32,000 bases of DNA from Promethearchaeum syntrophicum. GTDB lineage: Archaea > Asgardarchaeota > Lokiarchaeia > Sigyniarchaeales > Promethearchaeaceae. Position numbers and translations under genes: made by a program. The notes below the pieces were generated by a model that was not told the DNA's origin, searched no databases, and saw nothing but the letters and a program-made list of their open reading frames with translations. The DNA lies in NCBI RefSeq assembly GCF_008000775.2, contig NZ_CP042905.2, positions 1,350,001 through 1,382,000 of the forward strand, in the 5' to 3' direction. This document shows positions 16,909 to 25,858 of the stretch, piece by piece; position 1 is the first letter of the stretch; each line of letters begins with the position of its first letter.

Positions 16909-19809
16909 TTAGAAGGAAATATGTTTTTTTCTTGCAATTTTTCTTATATATTCAAATCCAAATAAAGCGGGTAGACATGCTATTAAGCAAATCACCCAAT
17001 CTCTAATATCTAAGAACATAAAATTAAAATTAAACATGGTTCCCAAATTTTGCCCTATAATCTCTTGGATACTAAGACTATAAATTCCTACTATTAAAAT
17101 TAAGAATGATGGAATATAGAATAAGAATTCCTTTTTATAATTAATATCGTGTAAAGAATCTTTTAGAGAATGATTGATGCGTCGGATTTGCAATGGCATT
17201 AATATAGATTCCAAAATAAAAAGTATAACAAATCCCATAGTTCTTGCTTTTATTTGAAATTGAGGAACATCGTTTGGAGATCCATTGTATCCAATTCCAG
17301 ATAAATTGAATTCACTTAATCCAATCGTTCCGTTTAAACATAAGTAATATACTATTATAATTGCTAATCCGATTAACAGCATTTGAACTAACATTATTTT
17401 TATTATATCCTTTGTAATTATCTCAGCAGAATCTCTTGGTTTTTCGTCCATAATAGTTTTTGATATATTTCCAAATGTAAAACCTAAAGATGGAAACAGA
17501 TGAGCGGTGACATACAAGATATTTAACTGCCCATAATCCCACATCTCGAAAAATGGATCATTAATATTTAATGTGGCGGAAAATAGAATAATAGCTTCCA
17601 TTACAGATACACAAACGAAGAAATATATAATGGTTCTAATTTTCATAAATAAGCTTCTTCCTTCTCTTATACCAGTTACGATTGTGCTGAAAGAGTCGTC
17701 AGTAATGACCATATCTGCAGCTTCTTTTGCAACTTCTGTTCCTTGAATTCCCATTGCTAAACCACAATCTGCCATGGATAGAGCCAGAGCATCATTTACT
17801 CCATCTCCGCTCATGGAAACAACTTTACCCATTTTTTGATAACGTTGTACAATTATTTGTTTATGTTCAGGAGAAACTCTTCCATAAACAGAAATTTTTG
17901 GAAATTCTTTCTCAGAAATACCTTCCAATTGATTTCCTTCTATTGCTAAATTTATTCCTTCATTATAAATGTCTAGTTTCTCCGCAATTGCTTTTCCTGT
18001 AGAGATACTATCACCGGTGATCATTATTACATTTATTCCTGCTTTTTTACAATCGGTAATAGCCTGGAAAACATCGTCGCGAGGTGGATCCAATATTACA
18101 ACAAATCCTAAAAATATTAGATCGGATTCAAATGTCTGTCTAGCGGTTTCACTCTCTAGATCTTGTTCAATCAGTGTTTCGTCAATAAGTCTATTTGTAA
18201 TAGTCAGAATCCTATATCCCTGTCCAGCATATAAATTCATATTTTCTAAGATTTTCGTTCTAATTTCTTCATTTATTGGTAAATTTTTACCTTCCAATTG
18301 ATATCGTGAACATAACGGTAGGATCCATTCTGTCGCTCCTTTGGTAAATAGGATTTTATTTCCATCTTTACTAAATAATTTACTCATTCTCTTTATAGAT
18401 GAATCAAAACTAAATTCGTGAATAAATTCATAAACTTTAATTTTATCATCAATATCGGATTTGTATTTTTTACCTAATACTTTCAAAGATGCTTCAGTGG
18501 GAAGTCCTATAATCGACCAAGATGTTTTTGTCTTGCTTTTTCCTAGAGTTCCTACAATTTTCTGATTTAACACGCAATTATTGTTTAAATATCCTGAAGA
18601 AATTAACATATCTAATTCGAAATTTTCAACTGGATTTGCTCTATTCCATGAATAATGCACAATTCCTTCTGGATCATAACCATAACCGGAGACCTCATAT
18701 TCTTTGGAAGCGGTCCAAATTTTTGTAATCGTCATCTCATTTTTTGTTAATGTTCCCGTTTTATCCGAACATACAACCGAAACCCTACCTAAACTTTCCG
18801 TACGAGATAATTCACGAACAATAACTCCCTTTTGGGCCATAACCAATACTCCCGTTAATAGGACAATTGTGGTTAATAAAGGTAAATTTATTGGCATAAC
18901 TTTCATACCTAAATCGATTGAAAGTATCATAGCATCGCGGAAACTATCCCAACTTAAACTTTCTAGACTTGATAATACAAAACTTTTCCAAATTATCGAG
19001 AATATCAATAAGATTAAGACACCGATTCCCAGATACTTTGCAACATGATTCATTTTATTACGTAAAGGAATTTCCCCTGTACTGCTCTCTTCAAGCATAG
19101 TCGAAATTTTCCCAATTTCGGTATGAGCCCCAGTATGTACAACAATTGCACTGCACTGTCCTAAAGCAACAAAAGTCCCAAAAAACATCATGTTTTTTTG
19201 ATCTTGTAAAGGAAGTTCTTCTTCATGATTTGGATTTAAATCTTGTGTCTTTTTTACTGGTTCTGATTCTCCTGTTAAACTTGATTCATCAATCGATAAA
19301 TTCATACACTCTAATATTCTACAATCTGCAGGAATTTTATCACCTGTTTTAACTTTTATTATATCTCCAACCACAACTTCATTTGTTGGTAAAACAGTTT
19401 CTTTTCCATCCCTAATTACAGTTGCGGAAGCTTCACTTAATTTTTTTAAGGCTTCCAATTGTTTTTCAGCTCGAAGTTGTTGAACAATAGCAACAATAGC
19501 ATTAAATCCCACAATAATAAAAGTTGGAACAGTTCTTTGAACTTCTCCTAACGCCCACATTGCCACTGCACTAAGAAGATAGATAATTATAAGTAAATTA
19601 ATAATTGGAGCTAAAATGACCTTAATTAATGATTTCTTGACTTTTTTTAATTCATTTGGACCATTTAATTCTAAAGATTTCAATGCTTGCTCTGAACTTA
19701 ATCCACGTTTTGGATCAATTGAAAATTCATTAAAGATTTCTTCTATCGGATAGTTATAATAAAAAATATTCTCTGGTTTTGGGATTGTAGGTTCTAGTGT
19801 GTTAGTCAT
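16909..19809 (-). CDS. P-type ATPase, P2-like architecture, unknown cation specificity
   Basis: DKTGTLT phosphorylation motif, TGES (DESSLTGESEPV), MSGDGVNDALALSMADCGLAMG, N-terminal PNELKK. TM4/TM5/TM6 cation-binding positions deviate (see findings). Confidence 0.93.
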   Translation of the reverse strand: MTNTLEPTIPKPENIFYYNYPIEEIFNEFSIDPKRGLSSEQALKSLELNGPNELKKVKKSLIKVILAPIINLLIIIYLLSAVAMWALGEVQRTVPTFIIVGFNAIVAIVQQLRAEKQLEALKKLSEASATVIRDGKETVLPTNEVVVGDIIKVKTGDKIPADCRILECMNLSIDESSLTGESEPVKKTQDLNPNHEEELPLQDQKNMMFFGTFVALGQCSAIVVHTGAHTEIGKISTMLEESSTGEIPLRNKMNHVAKYLGIGVLILLIFSIIWKSFVLSSLESLSWDSFRDAMILSIDLGMKVMPINLPLLTTIVLLTGVLVMAQKGVIVRELSRTESLGRVSVVCSDKTGTLTKNEMTITKIWTASKEYEVSGYGYDPEGIVHYSWNRANPVENFELDMLISSGYLNNNCVLNQKIVGTLGKSKTKTSWSIIGLPTEASLKVLGKKYKSDIDDKIKVYEFIHEFSFDSSIKRMSKLFSKDGNKILFTKGATEWILPLCSRYQLEGKNLPINEEIRTKILENMNLYAGQGYRILTITNRLIDETLIEQDLESETARQTFESDLIFLGFVVILDPPRDDVFQAITDCKKAGINVIMITGDSISTGKAIAEKLDIYNEGINLAIEGNQLEGISEKEFPKISVYGRVSPEHKQIIVQRYQKMGKVVSMSGDGVNDALALSMADCGLAMGIQGTEVAKEAADMVITDDSFSTIVTGIREGRSLFMKIRTIIYFFVCVSVMEAIILFSATLNINDPFFEMWDYGQLNILYVTAHLFPSLGFTFGNISKTIMDEKPRDSAEIITKDIIKIMLVQMLLIGLAIIIVYYLCLNGTIGLSEFNLSGIGYNGSPNDVPQFQIKARTMGFVILFILESILMPLQIRRINHSLKDSLHDINYKKEFLFYIPSFLILIVGIYSLSIQEIIGQNLGTMFNFNFMFLDIRDWVICLIACLPALFGFEYIRKIARKKHISF

Positions 19810-19856
19810 TGAAGATCATCCATTTCTTTCCTTATCAGATCTTTTCGAATTATAAC

Positions 19857-20312
19857 TTAAGTTCTTTTATTTTTTTTCTTGGATTGATTTTTAATTTTCT
19901 CTTTAATTGCCGATGAGCTATGTAATTCGAATTTATCATATAATTTATCAAGCCTTCTCACTTGCACATGTTCGGAATTATATTTTTCTAATCCTTTTTT
20001 CAAATATTTAACACTAGTTCGTTGATTAGGTCCAAGAAATATAATATCTGGTTTTAAAGTTAAAGCAAATTGTAAATATCCATGATCTCCATTTCCCTCA
20101 CTTCCCAAAAAAGCATCAGTTACATATTTTATGGATTTGATTACTTCTAGTCTTTGTTGTTCAGGAATGATTGGTCTCTCATTTTTATATCTCTCAATAG
20201 TTGAATCACGAGCGATAATCACAATAACATCTCCTATTTCTGCAGCTTCTTTTAGGAGATGGATATGTCCTGGGTGAATTATATCAAAACAACCGGATAC
20301 TATTATTCTCAT
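19857..20312 (-). CDS. cytidylyltransferase-family nucleotidyltransferase, RibL-like archaeal FAD synthase
   Basis: GCFDIIHPGHIHLLKEAAEIGDVIVIIARD (HxGH), NQRTSVKYLKKGLEKY, final HSSSAIKEKI. Confidence 0.7.
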   Translation of the reverse strand: MRIIVSGCFDIIHPGHIHLLKEAAEIGDVIVIIARDSTIERYKNERPIIPEQQRLEVIKSIKYVTDAFLGSEGNGDHGYLQFALTLKPDIIFLGPNQRTSVKYLKKGLEKYNSEHVQVRRLDKLYDKFELHSSSAIKEKIKNQSKKKNKRT

Positions 20313-20335
20313 TTAAATCTTCTCTCTTCATTTAT

Positions 20336-21427
20336 TTAGTTAAAAAATAGACTTCTATTTACTTCTACCCATTTTGTTAATTTCTTAATGCCAAGTTCTG
20401 GATTGATATTTGGTTTCCATCCTATATCAGAGTAAATCTTCGAAATTTCTGAAATGTATAATTTTTGATCTCCTAAACGCCAATTTGAAAATTCTGTTTT
20501 AAGTTTTTTTCCTAAAATCAATTCAAATTCTCTGACCAATTCAAGGAGCGAAATTGTATTATTAATTCCTCCTCCTATATTATAAACTCTTGACTTCTGA
20601 TTAAAGAGTTCGGGATTTAAATTTGAAGTTGATGATAGATATTTTTCAATTAAATTTGCTAAATCATCAATATATAAGATATCTCTAACTTGTTTTCCAT
20701 TTCCATATATTTGAATTGGCTTTCCACTAATAGCATTTAGAAACATGTAGGATATAAAACCTTGACCATGGATCCCAAACTGTTGATCTCCATAAATACA
20801 AGAAAGCCGAAAAACAGTGTTTTTCATATTATAAATCTGGCCAAATTCTTGTACATATAAATCTCCTGTTAATTTTGAGATACCATAGGGAGTATGGATA
20901 GAATGATCAATGGATAAAGTTTCGGTAAAACCATTGAAATTTTTTTCTTCTGGAATATAACGTGATTTTCCTTCAACTAAAGGAATTTTGCCCACATTAT
21001 TTCCATACACTTTGTTAGTTGAAAAATAAATAAAATCTGTTGCATTTTGACTTTCTTTAGCAGAATTTAATATATTAAACAATCCATCTACATTATTTTC
21101 AAAATCAACACGTGGATTTCTAATTGAATCAATCGCAGAAGTTTGACCTGCAGCATGAATTATTATTTCCGGCTGGAAAAATTGGAAGATCTTTACAATT
21201 TCCTCCCTGTTACGTATATCTTTTAAATATTTTTCAATTTTCGGATAATATTTATCTAAATAATCCCAATTGTAGTTTTTATCTGGTCTTTTTAAGGAAT
21301 TACCTGTAGTTGTATAAGGTCTTGATAGATTATCTAAAACTGCGATTTTATGGCCTTTTTGGGATAATTTTATCGCAAGATGATGACCAATAAAACCCAA
21401 ACCACCGGTAATTAATATTTTAGACAT
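20336..21427 (-). CDS. NAD-dependent epimerase/dehydratase (SDR), CDP-tyvelose/paratose epimerase-like
   Basis: GGLGFIGHHLA Rossmann motif, YGISKLTGD (YxxxK), FSTNKVYG, FRLSCIYGDQQFGIHGQGFI. Confidence 0.8.
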   Translation of the reverse strand: MSKILITGGLGFIGHHLAIKLSQKGHKIAVLDNLSRPYTTTGNSLKRPDKNYNWDYLDKYYPKIEKYLKDIRNREEIVKIFQFFQPEIIIHAAGQTSAIDSIRNPRVDFENNVDGLFNILNSAKESQNATDFIYFSTNKVYGNNVGKIPLVEGKSRYIPEEKNFNGFTETLSIDHSIHTPYGISKLTGDLYVQEFGQIYNMKNTVFRLSCIYGDQQFGIHGQGFISYMFLNAISGKPIQIYGNGKQVRDILYIDDLANLIEKYLSSTSNLNPELFNQKSRVYNIGGGINNTISLLELVREFELILGKKLKTEFSNWRLGDQKLYISEISKIYSDIGWKPNINPELGIKKLTKWVEVNRSLFFN

Positions 21428-21432
21428 TTTAA

Positions 21433-22083
<651 letters not shown>

Positions 22084-22160
22084 GAGAAATATAAATGCAG
22101 ACTAACAAAAAATTTTTGTTAAATTATATTTGTTTTCAAAGGTTATTCTTATTTAGAAAA

Positions 22161-22808
22161 ATGAAAGTTGCCCCATCAATTTTATCTGCAGATTTTAGTC
22201 GATTAGGTGAAGAAATTAATGCCATTGAAAATGGCGGCGCTGATTGGCTTCATCTAGATGTTATGGATGGAAATTTCGTTCCAAACCTCACATTTGGTCC
22301 TCCTGTAATCAAATGTCTACGTCCAAATACTTCATTGTTCTTTGATGTGCACTTAATGATATCTACACCAGAGACATTACTACAGGATTTCCTTGACGTT
22401 GGGGCCGATCTAATTACTATTCACTATGAAGCAACCCAAAAAATAGATGAGATTATTGAGATTATTAAAAAATCCGGTAAAAAAATTGGAATTTCGATTA
22501 AACCGAATACTCCAATTGGCACAATTAAGAATTTATTAGATAAAATCGATCTTATTCTTGTTATGTCTGTAGAACCCGGTTGGGGTGGACAGAAATTTAT
22601 GCCCGAAATGTTGGAAAAAGTCAAAAAATTAAAAGCTTGGAGAGATAACAATCCAGAAAATTATCATTATCTTATCGAAATTGATGGTGGAATTAATAAT
22701 GAAAATATTTTAGAAGTAAAAAAAGCTGGTGTTGATGTAGTAGTTGCTGGTTCTTATATATTTAAAAGAAGTAACTATAAAGCCGCAATTTCATCATTAC
22801 ATCAATGA
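22161..22808 (+). CDS. rpe: ribulose-phosphate 3-epimerase; ORF track start at 22095 probably too long
   Basis: MKVAPSILSADFSRLGEEI, HLDVMDGNFVPNLTFGPP, FFDVHLMI, VMSVEPGWGGQKFMPEML, EIDGGINNEN, VVAGSYIF. Canonical N-terminus begins at the ATG at 22161. Confidence 0.95.
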   Translation: MKVAPSILSADFSRLGEEINAIENGGADWLHLDVMDGNFVPNLTFGPPVIKCLRPNTSLFFDVHLMISTPETLLQDFLDVGADLITIHYEATQKIDEIIEIIKKSGKKIGISIKPNTPIGTIKNLLDKIDLILVMSVEPGWGGQKFMPEMLEKVKKLKAWRDNNPENYHYLIEIDGGINNENILEVKKAGVDVVVAGSYIFKRSNYKAAISSLHQ

Positions 22809-22826
22809 AAAATTTTATTTAACCCC

Positions 22827-23378
22827 CTAAATCTCATTATTTTCGATTTTAAGCGCATTTTCATAACATCGTTTGGCTATTTCCATAAACATTTCTTCAA
22901 CGTTTAAACCTTCTTTTGCAGAGGTTTCTATATGAAATGCATCCAACCTTTCCGCTAAATCCTCTGCGTCTTCATAGGATACTCGCCTTTGGTCTTCAAG
23001 ATCTTTTTTGTTCCCAATAATTATCAATGGAATCGTGCCTGTTGCTTTCTTCAAAGAACTAATCCAACCTGGAAGTCGCAATAATGATTCGGGTTTTGTA
23101 ATGTCATAAACTCCTATTGCACCTTGGCTCCCTTTGAAATAAATGTTTCGCATACTGCTAAATTGTGCCTGCCCCCCAATATCCCAAAGCAATAACCTAA
23201 GTAGAACACCTTCCATTTCTATATCTTTTATAAGGAAATTTGTTCCTATTGTTTGTTTTAGATCTGTAGAGAAAGTTTTTTTAATGAATCTCAAAATAAG
23301 ACTGGTTTTTCCGACATTTTGGGAGCCGAAAAGGGGAATTTTGAATTTATACTGTTTTTTATTACTTTGATTACTAAT
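22827..23378 (-). CDS. Ras/Rab/Arf-superfamily small GTPase (Asgard type); ORF track start at 23294 cuts off the P-loop
   Basis: In-frame extension upstream of 23294 reads ISNQSNKKQYKFKIPLFGSQNVGKTSLILRFIKKTF. G1 GSQNVGKT, G3 WDIGGQ, G4 NKKD, G5 ETSAK all present. No ATG/GTG/TTG between the upstream stop and TTG 23292-23294; ATT at 23376-23378. Confidence 0.92.
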   Translation of the reverse strand: MSNQSNKKQYKFKIPLFGSQNVGKTSLILRFIKKTFSTDLKQTIGTNFLIKDIEMEGVLLRLLLWDIGGQAQFSSMRNIYFKGSQGAIGVYDITKPESLLRLPGWISSLKKATGTIPLIIIGNKKDLEDQRRVSYEDAEDLAERLDAFHIETSAKEGLNVEEMFMEIAKRCYENALKIENNEI

Positions 23379-23384
23379 TGAGAT

Positions 23385-23390
23385 CTCCTC
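23385..23390 (-). promoter_or_regulatory. Shine-Dalgarno-like GAGGAG upstream of the putative ATT start of the GTPase
   Basis: Reverse strand: ...cttctcGAGGAGatctcaATTagt...; 6 nt spacing from GGAG to ATT. Confidence 0.5.
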
Positions 23391-23415
23391 GAGAAGCTAT
23401 TAAAAAATTTAGTCT

Positions 23416-23424
23416 GAATATACT
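23416..23424 (-). promoter_or_regulatory. possible TATA-box (agtatattc) for the GTPase gene
   Basis: Reverse strand AGTATATTC about 38 nt upstream of the ATT, which would give a short leader containing the SD-like motif. Confidence 0.3.
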
Positions 23425-23521
23425 TTCATTTTTAGTATTATTAATGCTTCTAGTTTGGATAATCACTTTTAATAAAAAATAAATGATTATAAGAGATGCG
23501 GGAGACACATTATTCTTGATA

Positions 23522-23935
23522 ATGAATACTGACGGGAAAAAAAAAAAGGAGTTTTTAGGTCTAATTTTGTTAAATTTAAGTGGAATTTTATGCATAATAT
23601 CCGAGTTTATTCTTTGGACAAATGAGTTTAGTATATTTAACTTATTTCAGCTAGAAATAGCAAATAGTATTATTTATTTAATCCCGTTAGTTGGAGGTTT
23701 TGGAATACTCCTGAGCGCTTTAAATATTGCTATATTCAAACGAAAATCATATAAATTTTGGTATATCTTGTTGGTAATTATTTTAAATTTACTATTTTAC
23801 TTTTTGCTTGAAGTTTTCTCAAATCAAGGGGCATATCTTTGGAGATATATGGGAATCTATACAACAATTTCTGCATTACTATGTCTTCTTTTTGGAATTT
23901 TATTCCAAATTAATGCAAGAGCTGAAAATCCTTAG
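23522..23935 (+). CDS. small four-helix membrane protein, unknown function
   Basis: MNTDGKKKKEFLGLILLNLSGILCIISEF... with repeated hydrophobic segments. ATG at 23522 is more plausible than 23483. Confidence 0.6.
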   Translation: MNTDGKKKKEFLGLILLNLSGILCIISEFILWTNEFSIFNLFQLEIANSIIYLIPLVGGFGILLSALNIAIFKRKSYKFWYILLVIILNLLFYFLLEVFSNQGAYLWRYMGIYTTISALLCLLFGILFQINARAENP

Positions 23936-23966
23936 AATTATTATGAAATATTTGTATGTGTAAAAA

Positions 23967-24896
23967 ATGATGGAAAATAAAGAAAATAAAAAATCCAATT
24001 TAAATTCAAATAATATAAAGAAAGAGGATAAAGATATACCACTAGATATTACTGAAGATCAATTCTATGTTGCTTTAGGTCATGAAATAAGAAGAAAAAT
24101 ATTAAAAATTATTGGTGATAATGGTATTTCAAGCTTTTCCACTTTTAAAAAACAAATCCAATCCAGTACAGGAACTATATATCATCATTTAGAAGTAATG
24201 AAAGAATTAATTATTCAAGATAAGAAAAAAAAATATCATCTAACTAATTTAGGAGAGCATGCTTATCAGATTTTAAGTAATAATATTGAATCTATTGAAA
24301 TTGTGGCCAAACAAGATGAAAAAACTGAGTTTAACAAAGAAAATAGGTTATATGATTATTTTTTACTTAAAAAGTTATTTGATTATTTCTCAAGTAATAC
24401 GAATAAAACCTTTTTAATTTCATTCGGGATTTTACTATTAATTGGTGTGTTAAGCGGAATAAATAACTTGCAAATATTTTTATTCTTTATTCGACAAGCC
24501 CAAGTTGGAGAACCATTATATTATTATTTTATTATGGATGCAATTACGATTTTTATCAGCTATTTTATTCTTATAACCACAACGGAGATTTTGAGTTATT
24601 TTATCTTTAACAACCATAATAACTGGAAAAAATTTCTCAATATCCTTTCAATTCCGTATATACCAATTCTTATTTACCTCGGAATTTATGCAATTTCAAA
24701 TTTGGTCTTCCCTACAATTAATCCTTTGTTCTTTGATATTTTATTGCTCCTTTTCCAGGTTTGGTCAATGATTTTATTAGCAAAAGCTATTTCAATTGTA
24801 AAACTTGTTAAATTTGAAAGAGGGTTATTATTGGCAATTTTAATTGATTATGGAACCTTTATGATTATGTTAATTATGAACAATCCATATCGATAA
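23967..24896 (+). CDS. winged-HTH (ArsR-like) domain fused to multi-pass membrane domain
   Basis: FYVALGHEIRRKILKIIGDNGISSFSTFKKQIQSSTGTIYHHLEVMKELIIQDKKKKYHLTNLGEHAYQIL, then about 4 to 5 hydrophobic segments. Confidence 0.8.
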   Translation: MMENKENKKSNLNSNNIKKEDKDIPLDITEDQFYVALGHEIRRKILKIIGDNGISSFSTFKKQIQSSTGTIYHHLEVMKELIIQDKKKKYHLTNLGEHAYQILSNNIESIEIVAKQDEKTEFNKENRLYDYFLLKKLFDYFSSNTNKTFLISFGILLLIGVLSGINNLQIFLFFIRQAQVGEPLYYYFIMDAITIFISYFILITTTEILSYFIFNNHNNWKKFLNILSIPYIPILIYLGIYAISNLVFPTINPLFFDILLLLFQVWSMILLAKAISIVKLVKFERGLLLAILIDYGTFMIMLIMNNPYR

Positions 24897-24934
24897 GGGA
24901 ACTAAAATCATTAAACAAAAAAAAAAATAATATT

Positions 24935-25822
24935 TCAAGTTAAACTGATATGGACTATCTTTATTTCTTCTACATTATTAATTTCTTCTAATTTAGCTTT
25001 AGTTTCTGAAAAATCCGTTTTATCTAAGGGATTAAAATAGCCTTCGTAGATACACTGTCCTTTTTGTTGGCAAATTCCTGAAGTATAAAGAAATGGGAGC
25101 CCCATCTCTTGGAAAACTACACTGATCCTTTTTAATGTGTCTGGAGAAAGAGAACCATTAAAAATAACTGATATTTTTAAAACTTGCTTTTTTTCATAAG
25201 GCATAATATCGATTTTAAAATTTTCTTTTCGTTTTTGAAAGACTATAAAGAAATTTTTTCGTTTTTCAAGAAATACTTCTAAATCCCTTAGAATATTCTG
25301 TGGTAAGGCTAGTGATTTTTTTCGCCTCAAATCTTTAAATGGTAAAATTATTCCGTGGGTTTGGGCTTGAGTTATTTCAAAAAACTCTGAAAGTTCAAGA
25401 ATATTATTTGTAAGAAAATCGAATTCCTCATTAATTTCTGCTTCATAATTCAAAGGAGGATTGTTGATATATAACGCTTTATAAATCATTTTTCTTTCTT
25501 TTATAATTTGGATAAATTTTTTGAATTCAGTTTCATAGGCTGATAAATTTGGAGACTCTTCTTCAATAATCTTTGTTATCATTGCCATTTCTTGTTTTCC
25601 TCTTGCCCAAGCCGAGGGAAGCATAAAAAAATAATTGGCCGTATTTAATTCATTAGAAAATGCGTGTGTAAAGAAACCTGGTGTCGCGGCATCCATCAAT
25701 CGTTTAATTTGAGCTATATCATCTTCCGATATTATATCCTCAATATGTTGTGGGACACTATACAAAATGTCGGGACCTATTATTGGATTAAAATAAATAA
25801 ATAAGAGCATTTTCTGAACCAA
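24935..25822 (-). CDS. uncharacterised protein with putative longin/NPRL2-like N-terminus and ACT-like C-terminus
   Basis: N-terminus LLFIYFNPIIGPDILYSVPQHIEDII resembles the F-x-P-x-x-GP-x-I-x-Y-x-VP signature of NPRL2-type longin domains; C-terminus LKISVIFNGSLSPDTLKRISVVFQEMGLPFLYTSG... looks ACT-like. Confidence 0.45.
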   Translation of the reverse strand: MVQKMLLFIYFNPIIGPDILYSVPQHIEDIISEDDIAQIKRLMDAATPGFFTHAFSNELNTANYFFMLPSAWARGKQEMAMITKIIEEESPNLSAYETEFKKFIQIIKERKMIYKALYINNPPLNYEAEINEEFDFLTNNILELSEFFEITQAQTHGIILPFKDLRRKKSLALPQNILRDLEVFLEKRKNFFIVFQKRKENFKIDIMPYEKKQVLKISVIFNGSLSPDTLKRISVVFQEMGLPFLYTSGICQQKGQCIYEGYFNPLDKTDFSETKAKLEEINNVEEIKIVHISLT

Positions 25823-25858
25823 GCAATGATATTATGATAATAATTTGTTTTTTTTTCT

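Noticed and set aside
17727-19352. Four plus-strand ORFs within the P-type ATPase locus
   Set aside because: Antisense to long conserved coding sequence; Phe/Leu-rich translations typical of reverse frames.
22424-22651. Minus ORF inside rpe
   Set aside because: Antisense to strongly conserved rpe motifs.
22827-23294. GTPase considered a P-loop-less pseudogene
   Set aside because: Manual translation upstream of the called start restores an intact G1 motif, so the truncation is a start-calling problem.
23143-23595. ORFs 23143..23370 (+) and 23374..23595 (-)
   Set aside because: The first is antisense to the GTPase P-loop region; the second covers the divergent promoter region and the start of the membrane protein and has no domain signal.
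25823-25858. T-rich tract as terminator between the two minus-strand genes
   Set aside because: On the transcribed strand this is A-rich and has no stem. It does not support a terminator, so the two genes were kept as one candidate unit.
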